The translations under genes were made by a program, and so were the position numbers. Shown piece by piece: positions 26,356-36,524 of a stretch of DNA of 64,000 bases (position 1 is its first letter; each line of letters opens with the position of its first letter). Source of the stretch: Bdellovibrionota bacterium FG-1 (GTDB taxonomy: Bacteria; Bdellovibrionota; UBA1018); assembly GCA_051382295.1 (NCBI GenBank), contig JBBCAW010000008.1:32001-96000 (forward strand), in the 5' to 3' direction. The notes below the pieces were generated by a model, which saw only the letters and a list, made by a program, of their open reading frames with translations, had not been told where the DNA came from and searched no databases.

Positions 26356-27839
26356 AGTACCTCCGAGGGCATGGGTTCAGAAGTCGAAGACCTCTGAATC
26401 TCTTGCGCCGTCTTTGTTACACTTCCCTTATGTTTTCTGTATTTCACAGCAAACAAAACAATCGAACCCAAGACAATCAAGATAGACCCGAGATACTTCC
26501 AAAACCGCCCTGGGTCGCGGTTAACCGAAAAAATCGACACGGTCGGCCGGGGCTGCGCATCTTCATAACTGGCCTGATAGAGCGTGATGCCCTTGATGGT
26601 AAGTGGCTCATTCATGCTGATCGTAGCGCTTTCGCCGGCCGCACCGGCTTTTGGATCGGTAATCACCGTCACCCGAGAGGCGTAAGAAGAAGGATCCATG
26701 GTCCCTTCGTACCGATCAATCGTGAACCGATCGAGCCGAATCGAAAACGGCAAAACCACTCGATGCGGCAAATAACCGACTTCAAAATTACCATTATCGG
26801 TTCGCAACATGGCTCGATCACCGAGCCCTAGCCACGCCTCAGCGTCTTTATTGCCCTGGCCGCCCTTTCCAGAAACCACATGAATGGCGGACATATTGGT
26901 CATCGGGCCAAATTGCACCCGGGAGGGCTGATACGAAATCATCGGCACCGCATTTTGAATCCAATCCAAAATCGTGACCTTAATATTTCCCTTCCATCCG
27001 GGTTCAATCACATGCCCACGAACGGCCGAAGGCTGAATTTTACCTTTGATGACTTTTCCGTCAGACGAAACCGCAAAAAACTCAACGCCCCCATCTCGAC
27101 CTGGCAATAACGATAACCCCGGCCGCCCAGCAACAGCAGGCAACTCTTCGCCAATCGCAAAACGGGCAGGGCCCATCTGAACATTTTTAAAAGATGAGTC
27201 TCCCATCCAAAGCCAAAAATCCTGCTTGACGCCCATCGCCCCGCCTACCACTTGAATTCTGGCGGCAGTCACAGAAGGATGATTGCCCATCGGAAATTCA
27301 CTCGAAATAAACGCATAGATCGGATCCGCGTGAGAAATAAATTTGTCGATCGTCAGGTCATAGGGAACCCCCTGCGCGCGCGCCGAAATAGGGTGAAACT
27401 CGATGTCCGGCGGAATCCACCCCACCCGGACCTTGTGCACGGCTCCCGCCTCCGTAATCACCAACGAGTTATTGTCCTGCTCCACCATGCTCGCGGTTTC
27501 GCCCTCGGCGATTCTCAAATTTCCATCTAAACCGTACCGGTCGGTGAGCCACGAGCCTACCAATAAAGTCAAAATGCCGATATGCGCGAGCAAAAAGGGA
27601 GCATGCCGACGCTGCCAAGGCCACCGATCCACCATGACGGAAAAGATGTTAATTCCCAGCGACGCCAACAAAAGATGGAACCAGAGGGATCGATAAACAT
27701 AATACTGAGCTGTCGGCGTATCGTAAAGCGACTCCAGAATCGTGCCGATAGCGAGAGCCACCGACAGTCCTAAAATCACGATCACAGTGAGCTTAAGAGA
27801 AGCAAAAAAACCCAGAAAACCTTTATATTTTGATTTCAT
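26352..27839 (-). CDS. resB: Cytochrome c biogenesis protein ResB/CcsB
   Basis: FASLKL, GTILES, LAHIG, LPFSIRL..F, ISMNEPL, YQASY, DPG. Confidence 0.9.
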   Translation of the reverse strand: MKSKYKGFLGFFASLKLTVIVILGLSVALAIGTILESLYDTPTAQYYVYRSLWFHLLLASLGINIFSVMVDRWPWQRRHAPFLLAHIGILTLLVGSWLTDRYGLDGNLRIAEGETASMVEQDNNSLVITEAGAVHKVRVGWIPPDIEFHPISARAQGVPYDLTIDKFISHADPIYAFISSEFPMGNHPSVTAARIQVVGGAMGVKQDFWLWMGDSSFKNVQMGPARFAIGEELPAVAGRPGLSLLPGRDGGVEFFAVSSDGKVIKGKIQPSAVRGHVIEPGWKGNIKVTILDWIQNAVPMISYQPSRVQFGPMTNMSAIHVVSGKGGQGNKDAEAWLGLGDRAMLRTDNGNFEVGYLPHRVVLPFSIRLDRFTIDRYEGTMDPSSYASRVTVITDPKAGAAGESATISMNEPLTIKGITLYQASYEDAQPRPTVSIFSVNRDPGRFWKYLGSILIVLGSIVLFAVKYRKHKGSVTKTAQEIQRSSTSEPMPSEVL

Positions 27840-27845
27840 TTTTTT

Positions 27846-28406
27846 TCAAAGCCTAGTGTAAGGTGCCAATTCCAGCGGTGTGATTTTGCCCCGATCCAAA
27901 GGAGTATCGCCAGTGGGTGCAAAGAAAACCCCAGCCAGTTCCAACACGGCTTTCTGCACCACCCGCTCCCGCTCTAAACCATCCTTTGGGAGTTCTGAGT
28001 TCCTGGCCTTTTCGTCAAAAACTCGGTCATAAATTTTTTTTCTCAGCAATCCAGCATTGCGTCCCACCGTCAAGCGAGCCATACGAGCCAACCGTTTTGC
28101 ATAGAGTAAGGATTGCCTCTGGCCAGGGCCCGTCAAATCAATGACCAGATCAACCTGAGGAGGGTGCACTGCACCGATAGATTGCCCCTGCGTCGTCACA
28201 AAAAACACCGCGGAATCCAAATAGGACCGTAGAATTTTTTGTCTTAACGATTCGATGTCAAAAACAATTCCTGCAGCCGAAAGCACCACTACGACCGTTC
28301 GAACCCCAGGAATTCGATTGGGTTGGGATCGCTCCTGCTCAGCCAGATGAGCCAAACAAGAGTGAGTTAATTGGTCTTGATAACTCAGAGTCTGAGAATT
28401 AGTCAT
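27846..28406 (-). CDS. Hypothetical protein, weak similarity to the N-terminal half of GT9 heptosyltransferases
   Basis: VDLVIDLTG..RQSLLYAKRL..ARLTVGR pattern. Co-oriented directly upstream of resB. Confidence 0.5.
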   Translation of the reverse strand: MTNSQTLSYQDQLTHSCLAHLAEQERSQPNRIPGVRTVVVVLSAAGIVFDIESLRQKILRSYLDSAVFFVTTQGQSIGAVHPPQVDLVIDLTGPGQRQSLLYAKRLARMARLTVGRNAGLLRKKIYDRVFDEKARNSELPKDGLERERVVQKAVLELAGVFFAPTGDTPLDRGKITPLELAPYTRL

Positions 28407-28491
28407 TTCTCAGTTTTATCAGAGTTTTTTTAAGTCTCCTAGCATGAACAATAAATCTCTTTGACTTGGAGCAGGGCAAATCTAAGATTTA

Positions 28492-29697
28492 ATGATGACT
28501 CAACTCACTGATCTGCCTCATTCTCCTGAAATTCTCGAAATTCGGGCCCTTGCCCGCCAGATTTTATCCAAAGAACTTAAACCCCGCGTCGAACACTCAG
28601 AAACCACTGGTGAGTTTTGCCGCGAAGCGTTAATTCAACTTGGCCAGGCAGGCTTAGCTGCCCCGATGTTGCCTGAACCCTGGGGAAGCGGCGAACTTGC
28701 TGATGAAGAGGGAGCTACCCACGGTCTCTTGACCCAGCTCATCGTCGCTGAAGAAATGGGTTATATTTCAAGCGGTTTTGGACTTTCTGAGCTGGCCAGC
28801 GTCTGCCTTTTTGGCGCTAATGTCGGCCGTCAGGGCTCTCGTGAGCAAATGGAAAGATACCTCCCCGGAATTGCTTCAGGCGAAAAAATCGGTTGTTGGG
28901 CGCTCACTGAGCCCGCCGTTGGAAGTGACGCAGTTTCGGTCAAAACCCGCTGCGAACGTCAGGGGGACCACTATGTCCTCAATGGCTCAAAGACCTTCAT
29001 CACCAATGCACCGATTGCCGACTACTTTATGGTGATCGCGCGCGAGTACGGGGCTGACGGCAAACCCGTCGAAGGCTTTCAAGGCGGGACCGCTTTTATT
29101 TTGGATCGAGGGCTGGAGGGCCTGAAGACGGGAAATCCATTTCACAAAATGGGTCATTGGAGCTCGCCCACAGGTGAGGTCTTTATGGACAATGTTCGAG
29201 TCCCCGCCTCTCAAGTTCTTGGCAAACCTGGAAAAGCTTTTTTAGGAATGAAGGTCTCGCTGGATGTCGAACGAACGATCTTTAGCGGGCTCGGAGTGGG
29301 ATTGATGCAATTTTGCCAAGACACCCTGATTCGCTACGGTGCGACTCGAAAGCAATTTGGCGTTTCAATCCTCGAACATCAAATGATTCAAGACAAGGTT
29401 GCCCGAATCGCCGCCTCGCTCGATATGGTCAGACACTACCAATATATGGTGGTGACTAAACTCGCTCGTGGCCAAAGCGCCAATAAAGAAGCCGCTATCC
29501 TCAAATTTATGGGCGGCCGCATGGCCAACGAAGTCGCTGCCGAGGCGGTGCAAGCCCTAGGAGGATACGGCTATATGCGCGAGTACGGGGTCGAGCGAGC
29601 GATGCGTGATGCCAAGCTCTATGAAATCGGCGGCGGTACCAGCGAAATTCAAAAACTCATTATTGCTAAACAAGTCATCAAAGAAACCCTGCAATAA
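28492..29697 (+). CDS. Acyl-CoA dehydrogenase (isovaleryl/short-branched type)
   Basis: ALTEPAVGSD, LNGSKTFITNA, RKQFG, QALGGYGY, RDAKLYEIGGGTSEIQK. Confidence 0.95.
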   Translation: MMTQLTDLPHSPEILEIRALARQILSKELKPRVEHSETTGEFCREALIQLGQAGLAAPMLPEPWGSGELADEEGATHGLLTQLIVAEEMGYISSGFGLSELASVCLFGANVGRQGSREQMERYLPGIASGEKIGCWALTEPAVGSDAVSVKTRCERQGDHYVLNGSKTFITNAPIADYFMVIAREYGADGKPVEGFQGGTAFILDRGLEGLKTGNPFHKMGHWSSPTGEVFMDNVRVPASQVLGKPGKAFLGMKVSLDVERTIFSGLGVGLMQFCQDTLIRYGATRKQFGVSILEHQMIQDKVARIAASLDMVRHYQYMVVTKLARGQSANKEAAILKFMGGRMANEVAAEAVQALGGYGYMREYGVERAMRDAKLYEIGGGTSEIQKLIIAKQVIKETLQ

Positions 29698-29717
29698 CTT
29701 TTGCAAAGAAAGACTTC

Positions 29718-31367
29718 ATGGAAACTACCCACGACCTCAATCAACAGCTCCTTGCCCTTCGCCAACAAGCTCGCCAAATGGGAGGGCCAGAAGCGATTCA
29801 AAAGCAACATGAAGCCGGAAAGCTAACGGCGCGTGAGCGCATCCAACTTCTCTTTGATGAAGGCAGCTTTGTGGAATACGGAGTGCTCGGCACTCACCAC
29901 TCCGCACTTCCCGACATGAAAGATAAAATCACCCCGGCCGATGGCGTAGTGACTGGAGTCGGAATGATTCAGGGCCGGCCTGCCGCTGTCGCGGCCTATG
30001 ACTTTACGGTAATGGCAGGCACGATGGGCGAAGTCGGCGAGCGCAAAGTGAAACGCATGCGAGAAACCTCGCTTCGAGAGCGAATGCCTATGATTTGGCT
30101 ACTCGATTCAGCCGGCGCTCGCATCCAAGAAGCTGCCGGCGCTCAATTTGCGGCGACGGGTAGCCTCTTTTTTGACCAAGTCCAGATGTCGGGCGTGGTG
30201 CCGCAAGTCGCCGCGGTCATGGGGCCTACCGCGGCCGGGACAGCCTATATTCCTGCCTTGGCTGATTTTGTTCCGATGGTCAAAGGAACTTCATCGATGG
30301 CACTAGCGGGTCCCCCACTCGTCAAGGCTGCGATCAATGAAGATGTCACCACCGAAGATCTCGGAGGCACTTCGGTTCATTGCCGAATTAGCGGCGTGGC
30401 CGATCTCGAAACGGCCAACGACCCCGAGTGCATTACCGCCATTCGTAAATACCTGGCCTTTTTTCCTTCCCACAGCAAACAAAAACCGCCACGCATTGAA
30501 GGAGCGATCGCCCGGCACAGTAAATTCTCCAAGGGAATCCGCCAAAAAGATGCCGAGGGCGCGACCAAAGCCTTTGACCGACTAGCAATGAGTGACGCCA
30601 TCCTCGGAATTTTGCCTGAGGATTCACGCAAAGCCTACGACATGAAAGATATCATCCGACAAATCGTCGACAAGCAGGACGATGCCCAGAATAACTCAGA
30701 AACTTCGACCTTTTTTGAGATCAAACCCGACTTTGCTCGAAACATCATTACGGGTCTCGCCCGCATTGACAGTTGGAGCGTGGGAATTCTCGCCAATCAA
30801 CCTCAATTCATGGGGGGCGCGATTGACGTCGATGCCTCCGATAAAGCGGCGCGTTTTTTGTGGCTTTGTGACGCCTACAATATCCCCGTGGTTTTCCTCC
30901 ACGATTGCCCAGGGTTTATGGTGGGTTCACGCATGGAAAAAATGGGTATTATTCGCCACGGCGCCAAGATGCTTTTTGCCCTCAGTGAAATGACGGTCCC
31001 GAAGTTTTCCATCGTGATCCGTCGTTCTTACGGCGCTGGCTATTACGTGATGTGCGGCAAGGGCTACGAGCCAGATTTGATTGTCGGTTGGCCTACAGCC
31101 GAAGTCAGCCTGATGTCCCCCGAGGGCGCGGTCAATATTATCTTTCGCAAGGAAATCGCCGCGGCTCCCAACCCCGAGCAAGCGCGCGCCGCTCGAACCG
31201 AGCAATATCGTCACATGATTGGCGGCCATATCTCCGCCTCGCAAGGTCACCTCGATGACATCATCGATCCGCGCGAAACCCGCAAGATCCTCGCCACCGC
31301 CCTCCTCCACACCCGCGCCAAGAAAGTCACCCGGCCCGCGAAGAAGCACGGGGTGCTCCCCGTTTAG
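29718..31367 (+). CDS. Acyl-CoA carboxylase carboxyltransferase (beta) subunit
   Basis: GKLTARERI, ADGVVTG, DSAGARIQE, DCPGFMVG, GIIRHGAK, DDIIDPRETR, KKHG. Confidence 0.95.
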   Translation: METTHDLNQQLLALRQQARQMGGPEAIQKQHEAGKLTARERIQLLFDEGSFVEYGVLGTHHSALPDMKDKITPADGVVTGVGMIQGRPAAVAAYDFTVMAGTMGEVGERKVKRMRETSLRERMPMIWLLDSAGARIQEAAGAQFAATGSLFFDQVQMSGVVPQVAAVMGPTAAGTAYIPALADFVPMVKGTSSMALAGPPLVKAAINEDVTTEDLGGTSVHCRISGVADLETANDPECITAIRKYLAFFPSHSKQKPPRIEGAIARHSKFSKGIRQKDAEGATKAFDRLAMSDAILGILPEDSRKAYDMKDIIRQIVDKQDDAQNNSETSTFFEIKPDFARNIITGLARIDSWSVGILANQPQFMGGAIDVDASDKAARFLWLCDAYNIPVVFLHDCPGFMVGSRMEKMGIIRHGAKMLFALSEMTVPKFSIVIRRSYGAGYYVMCGKGYEPDLIVGWPTAEVSLMSPEGAVNIIFRKEIAAAPNPEQARAARTEQYRHMIGGHISASQGHLDDIIDPRETRKILATALLHTRAKKVTRPAKKHGVLPV

Positions 31368-31375
31368 GTATCAGG

Positions 31376-32584
31376 TTACTTTGTGATGCCCGGTGCGTTA
31401 AGATGGGGCCATTCCTGAAGGTAATTATTTTGGGTCCACACGAATTTTTCGGAGATCCGCAAATCTCGATAAGATTTGGAAAGATTGGACACCGCCGGCG
31501 CCCATTTCAGTTCAATCGCCCATTTTTTTGGTAAAATAAAATCAACCTCCCCTGAGGGAGATGACAGATAACCAAATCGCGGAAATTTACGACTTAATGC
31601 CTCGTGTGCCACCATTTCAGCCAAGCGATCTTCGGCGTTTTCCGGGGAACTCTGTCCGGAAAGCTCAATCCCCAGCCAGTACAGCATAGGATCCGTAAAA
31701 TAAAATTTCTTATCCTTTCGAAATCGATAGGCGCCGGTATCCATGTCCACGGCATAAAGAGTTTTGACGGCGAAACAGGCTTCTAAAATGGACAGATATT
31801 CATGCACGGTCTCGTGCGAAGCAATCTGAGTTTTTTTAGCAAGCGTTTGATAACTCACCGGTGATTGCGTACACACGGCCAACTGAATCAATACTTCCTT
31901 CAGGTAGTCCTCATTTTTACCAAATTTTACGATATCGCCAACCAACCATTTGTAATAAGTGCTCTTGCTTTGAGGCGCGGTCGACAAGCCATCTACGGCT
32001 GCTGCCCCAACCTCGGCGACGGCCGCCGGCACCCCACCGATCCGAAAATAATCACGAAGCTCAGCGAGCCGGTCCGCCTTGGCCCAACCTGCGACTTTTC
32101 TCATGGCATAAAATTCTTCAAACCCCATGGGCAAAAGTAAGAACTCCCCGCCTGCCTCAAATCTTCCGGGCATGCGATCAGCCCCTAGCTTGAGATCGTA
32201 AGCATGTGATCCCGTAAGCATCAGAATGGGGATACGCCCCAGATCCATTTCATATTTCACGGCCCGATCCCAATGGGGCACAAAATTGACTTCATCCAAT
32301 AAGACCACGTGACGGTTTCGGACAGACTTAAGAATTTCAGCAAGCTCCTGGTAGTCCGCCACTCGTTCACAACTCAAGTAAAAGCAGCTTGTCTTCTTCT
32401 GGGTGTAATGACTGAGCACTGTTTTCAACCACGAGCTCTTTCCGATTTGACGAGGCCCCCGAACGATATACATTCCGTGTTTTTCTGGAATAAATGGAAA
32501 TGACCTCTCAAAAGGCATCGCCGCCAGCTTTCGCAGGTGCTTATCCTCAAGTTCCCAGCCGTCTTTTTCCCAAAATAAATCCAT
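31376..32584 (-). CDS. AAA_14-DUF4143 ATPase with C-terminal PD-(D/E)xK-like motif
   Basis: GPRQIGKS, LLDEV, LTGS, GGVP, KKFYFTDP, GEVDFI..IELK. Confidence 0.9.
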   Translation of the reverse strand: MDLFWEKDGWELEDKHLRKLAAMPFERSFPFIPEKHGMYIVRGPRQIGKSSWLKTVLSHYTQKKTSCFYLSCERVADYQELAEILKSVRNRHVVLLDEVNFVPHWDRAVKYEMDLGRIPILMLTGSHAYDLKLGADRMPGRFEAGGEFLLLPMGFEEFYAMRKVAGWAKADRLAELRDYFRIGGVPAAVAEVGAAAVDGLSTAPQSKSTYYKWLVGDIVKFGKNEDYLKEVLIQLAVCTQSPVSYQTLAKKTQIASHETVHEYLSILEACFAVKTLYAVDMDTGAYRFRKDKKFYFTDPMLYWLGIELSGQSSPENAEDRLAEMVAHEALSRKFPRFGYLSSPSGEVDFILPKKWAIELKWAPAVSNLSKSYRDLRISEKFVWTQNNYLQEWPHLNAPGITK

Positions 32585-32605
32585 AGGATAACAATCATAT
32601 CCTGT

Positions 32606-32660
32606 TTTGGCGATTATTAAAACTAAATTTGGCGATTACAACACCACGATTTGGCGATTA
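32606..32660. repeat. Three direct repeats TTTGGCGATTA at exact 22-bp spacing (operator-like)
   Basis: Copies start at 32606, 32628 and 32650, immediately upstream of the ATPase start. Confidence 0.85.
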
Positions 32661-33542
32661 ACCTTTTCTCCCCGATACCAAATAAGTCACATGCCCCCGA
32701 CCGCAATGAAAAGTCCCCTGCTTGATGGCCTCCTTCACTTGGGCTTGATACCGAAGCCCCGTGGCATAAAGCCGCCCAAATTCGTCCTCACTGCCACCCC
32801 CTGCCAAAAAAAAGCGGCGCGTATCCTCCCGACCAAACAAAAAATAACCCGCCTCGACGTCTCTCAATTCGTCAGCAATCGCCTCTGACTGGCCAGGAGC
32901 AATATAGGGCGGATAAAGGGCACTCGCGCGATCAGACAAATAGACCTGAATGTTTTGGATCCCCAACTCCGAAAAAATTCCCGGTAAGAGGTCCCCAACA
33001 GAATTGTCGCCTTCGCCCAGGGCGATCTTTCCTCGTTCACAAACGAGGAGAATTCTATGAAGTTCCATCGCCTCCTCAACCGTGGTTTGAACCGAAGTTT
33101 TGGTCTGCGCCAAATTGCTGGGTTCTGCCGCGACAATCAAGCCTCCCGGCTTCAAAACGCGCAACATCTCGAGAATCACCTGTCGCGGATCTAAAACATG
33201 AATCAATAAAGTCTGACAAGTCACCAGATCAAAACTGTGATCGGGAAAGGGAAGATGCTCCGCACTCGCCTCAATGAAAGATACTCTGTCCTTTTGTACA
33301 ACAAACTCAGCTCTGGCCTGACTAACCCAGCCAGCCTCTCGATCTACCCCGGTCACGCGGGCATCGGACGGCAAATTTTGCAAAACCGCTTTCGTCCAAT
33401 GCCCCACGCCACAGCCGACATCCAAAATCTGACGGACCCCGGACAAATTCCAACGCTGCGCCATCCATTTCAAAAAATCAGCATTCCACCAGAAATTTCG
33501 AGCATCCGTAAAAAAATGTTCAGAATGTTTCTGGGTCATCAT
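32658..33542 (-). CDS. Class I SAM-dependent methyltransferase
   Basis: ILDVGCGVG, GVD, LPFPDHSFDLVTCQTLLIH, LKPGG. Confidence 0.92.
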   Translation of the reverse strand: MMTQKHSEHFFTDARNFWWNADFLKWMAQRWNLSGVRQILDVGCGVGHWTKAVLQNLPSDARVTGVDREAGWVSQARAEFVVQKDRVSFIEASAEHLPFPDHSFDLVTCQTLLIHVLDPRQVILEMLRVLKPGGLIVAAEPSNLAQTKTSVQTTVEEAMELHRILLVCERGKIALGEGDNSVGDLLPGIFSELGIQNIQVYLSDRASALYPPYIAPGQSEAIADELRDVEAGYFLFGREDTRRFFLAGGGSEDEFGRLYATGLRYQAQVKEAIKQGTFHCGRGHVTYLVSGRKG

Positions 33543-33556
33543 GGGATTATTTATAC

Positions 33557-34876
33557 CTATTTCGCCTGGCGACCACCGCTGATCACCGGAGCCCCAGGCC
33601 CACTACTGGTCCAATAAGAATGTACTCCCGGCACGTCTGAAGTAAAAAGAGCATTCGGGCCGCCTTCATCATCAATAAACACATTAACCGGGCTGGTAAA
33701 TAAATCCATAAAACGGATTGAGCTCATATTGAACTCAATCCTAGCCGGATATTTTCTCCCTGCTTGATCAATAATACTCTCAAAAGAAATCCCGCCACTC
33801 ACGTTATTCTGAGCGGCCCTAAGCTCGCCTTGAGCATCGACAAACACGATCCGAAAAATCGAAACTGGAAACTCATACCAAGAACTCTTTCCACTTCCCT
33901 CAAACAGAAGTCGAGTTTTCCCTAAATCATCTTCGACGGTCAACCAACGCTCCATGGGTCGAACTGAATAATTGAGATGCAACTGAGAACGTACGGTTCC
34001 AACAGGCTTTCGTCCTATAAACCGCACGAAAAACTCATTTTCTCCCTCGGCCACTGGTGGATATGGCACATATCCAGGCCAAGAGGTCTGTAGCCCAAAA
34101 TTTCCAGACACATCCACCGCACGATTCCCATCCAAGTACAACAACCGCTGGCCATCAATCCAATTTTCAGAAGAACCCCAAATCACTGTCCCAGCCTTGA
34201 GCCAATTTGCAATATCCTCCTGCATAATTGTACCGACTACATGATCGCAACCAAGCACATGGCCGATTTCGTGCAAAATCTGCACAGTCAAATGAGATAC
34301 CTGAAGCTTGGCAAACCCAGGGTGCTCACTTATTTTATTCGGTGCCCAGTCTGGGAACCCTTTCGCCAAGCTGTTCTGGGCGGCCACCCAAATCAGACCT
34401 TTCCCCCAACCCGCAATGGGATCATAGGACTGCCGATAGGCCAAAGCAGTGGGATGATTGTATTGTTTTTTCACTAACCGAGTCAGATCATCCTCAGATC
34501 CAAAATAAAACTTGAGATCCTCCGTCCCATCGCACTGAGACATCCGTTCGGTATTAACTTGAATTCGACGTTCCTCTGGAACTAAAAACCAATTCCCGGA
34601 AAAGGCACTAGTCCCCACTTTTTGAAGATAATTTTTCCACTGCAAAAAACTTTCACTCAAACTCGTCGTAACCTGCTCATCGGTAGCCCCAAAATCACTG
34701 GAGCGCAACCAACAGTAGCGAATCGGCTTAGACCCCAAAAACCACGCAGCCCCCGAATCCACAGGTCGATTATCCGTCCCGCCGCTACTTCCTGCCCCCT
34801 CACCCGCAAAGCCCGAGCTTCCGACCGCCAAAGATAGCCCAACCCAAACCAACCCGAAAAACCGAAATACCTTCAT
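33557..34876 (-). CDS. Secreted metzincin-type zinc metalloprotease-like protein
   Basis: Signal peptide followed by GxxSSGG, HEIGHVLGCDH plus Met-turn (TIM). Confidence 0.75.
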   Translation of the reverse strand: MKVFRFFGLVWVGLSLAVGSSGFAGEGAGSSGGTDNRPVDSGAAWFLGSKPIRYCWLRSSDFGATDEQVTTSLSESFLQWKNYLQKVGTSAFSGNWFLVPEERRIQVNTERMSQCDGTEDLKFYFGSEDDLTRLVKKQYNHPTALAYRQSYDPIAGWGKGLIWVAAQNSLAKGFPDWAPNKISEHPGFAKLQVSHLTVQILHEIGHVLGCDHVVGTIMQEDIANWLKAGTVIWGSSENWIDGQRLLYLDGNRAVDVSGNFGLQTSWPGYVPYPPVAEGENEFFVRFIGRKPVGTVRSQLHLNYSVRPMERWLTVEDDLGKTRLLFEGSGKSSWYEFPVSIFRIVFVDAQGELRAAQNNVSGGISFESIIDQAGRKYPARIEFNMSSIRFMDLFTSPVNVFIDDEGGPNALFTSDVPGVHSYWTSSGPGAPVISGGRQAK

Positions 34877-35008
34877 AGTACCCCCTCGTCTATAAGATCC
34901 AACCCCGAGGGTCAACCCGTTCTATAGAGGGTTCATAGCGAGTAAATTTGGCAGAAAATACGTTTTTTTAATTAACTTACATGCTTTAATGTTAGTAATT
35001 ACTTAGTT

Positions 35009-35815
35009 ATGGAAAAATCCCTTTTCGACTTTCGAGACTACAAAACCTTTCTCTCCCAAGCCCTTGCCACTACCGGTGAGAAGCGTGGAGCACGCTCGCG
35101 GCTGGCACAATTCCTCAATTGCCAAACCGCATATATTTCCCAAGTCCTCAATGGGACCGTCCACTTCAGTCTCGAGCACGCCGTGCAGATCAGCGAGTTT
35201 TTAGGGCATACTTCGGAAGAAGCCCACTTTTTCATCCTACTCGTTCACCTGGGCCGTGCCGGATCAAAAAACCTGAGAGCCTACTACGAAAACCAAATCC
35301 TTCAAATTGCCACTCAACGTGAGCAAATTCGGGAACGGATTCATGTCCGCGACACCCTCAGCAACGAAGACCGGGCCATCTATTACAGCTCCTGGCATGT
35401 AGCGGCGATTCACGTCATGCTCTCCATTTCCGCCTTTCAAACCCCTCGCGCGATTGCGCAACACCTCGGCCTTTCGCATGAAATCGTTGAAAAACATCTC
35501 AAATTTTTGGAAAGCATCGGTCTCGCCCTTCGCGAGGGAGAACGATTTCGGATCGGCAATGCTCGCATTCATTTGGCCGCTGAATCTCCTTGGATTTCCA
35601 AACACCACGCTAATTGGCGCATGCGATCGCTGCAATCGCTGGATCTCCCTTCAAAAAACGATCTTCATTATTCGTCCGTAATCACTCTCTCAGAATCGGA
35701 CGTCGCTAAAATTCGGGAAATTTTGCTCGCGGCACTTGAAAAAGCAGAACCCATCGTTCGCAAATCTGCCGAAGAAACGACATATAGTCTCTGCCTGGAT
35801 TTTTTTAAGATTTAA
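35009..35815 (+). CDS. TIGR02147/DUF4423 family HTH protein
   Basis: FDFRDYKTFL, ARSRLA..YISQVLNG HTH, YYSSW..AIH, HHANWR, Y.LCLDFF C-terminus. Confidence 0.85.
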   Translation: MEKSLFDFRDYKTFLSQALATTGEKRGARSRLAQFLNCQTAYISQVLNGTVHFSLEHAVQISEFLGHTSEEAHFFILLVHLGRAGSKNLRAYYENQILQIATQREQIRERIHVRDTLSNEDRAIYYSSWHVAAIHVMLSISAFQTPRAIAQHLGLSHEIVEKHLKFLESIGLALREGERFRIGNARIHLAAESPWISKHHANWRMRSLQSLDLPSKNDLHYSSVITLSESDVAKIREILLAALEKAEPIVRKSAEETTYSLCLDFFKI

Positions 35816-35831
35816 CTAGGCTATTATGACA

Positions 35832-36125
35832 TCATTTCAAATCAGTTGGGCGAAAAAGGCGCGAACCCTCGAAAACACTTAAAACATAAACAGACCTCTC
35901 TCGGACACAATAGATGATGCGATAACCTTCATAAATCAATTCTCGCGCCACCTGCTTTTCATCTTCAGGCACGAAGCGTCCAGAATCCGGAAAATCCACA
36001 AGCTTATCCGCTTGCTCGATGAGTTCTAAAACGAAACTCACCGCTCGATCAGGAGAATCCTGCGCAATAAAATCCTCTATCTCGACAAGCCGATCACGCG
36101 CGGGCTCAGTCCAAACGACTTTCAT
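35832..36125 (-). CDS. RelE/ParE family toxin
   Basis: VVWTEPARDRLVEIEDFIAQD, FPDSGR, YRIIY. Confidence 0.92.
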   Translation of the reverse strand: MKVVWTEPARDRLVEIEDFIAQDSPDRAVSFVLELIEQADKLVDFPDSGRFVPEDEKQVARELIYEGYRIIYCVRERSVYVLSVFEGSRLFRPTDLK

Positions 36126-36424
36126 TTTTTGGACTTTCTTATTTTTCGACGTGTTTCGAGATGCGCCTTTACCTCTTCTGCCGTGTAAACCTTGTCAGCA
36201 ATAATTGCAGCCTCCCCAGCCCTAATTTCACTCCGAACAAAATCTGCGCTTTGATGCTGAATGCGATCAAACTCCTCTGGAGAAATAAGCACTCCGGCCG
36301 GCCTTCCATTTTGAGTAATCACAACAGGTTGGCCTGATGCGCGAACACGATCCAGCCAGCTTGCAGATTGTGCTTTAAACTCTGCAATCGGCACAATATC
36401 TCTGGCAATTCGAACTGCTTTCAT
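36122..36424 (-). CDS. Phd/YefM family antitoxin
   Basis: PIAEFKAQ, PVVITQNGRPAGVLIS. ATGA overlap with the toxin. Confidence 0.92.
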   Translation of the reverse strand: MKAVRIARDIVPIAEFKAQSASWLDRVRASGQPVVITQNGRPAGVLISPEEFDRIQHQSADFVRSEIRAGEAAIIADKVYTAEEVKAHLETRRKIRKSKK

Positions 36425-36444
36425 AATGGATAGTCTCCTAATTC

Positions 36445-36476
36445 TAACCATTAATATACTATATTTTAACCATTAA
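36445..36476. promoter_or_regulatory. Direct repeats TAACCATTAA 22 bp apart upstream of the antitoxin (likely operator)
   Basis: Copies at 36445 and 36467 in an AT-rich promoter region. Confidence 0.55.
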
Positions 36477-36524
36477 AAGATAGAATTTTATTTATTTATG
36501 ATACTTAAAAAGAGAATTATTAAT

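Noticed and set aside
32606..32660. Spaced direct repeats as a mini-CRISPR
   Set aside because: Repeats and spacers are only 11 bp each, and no cas genes are present.
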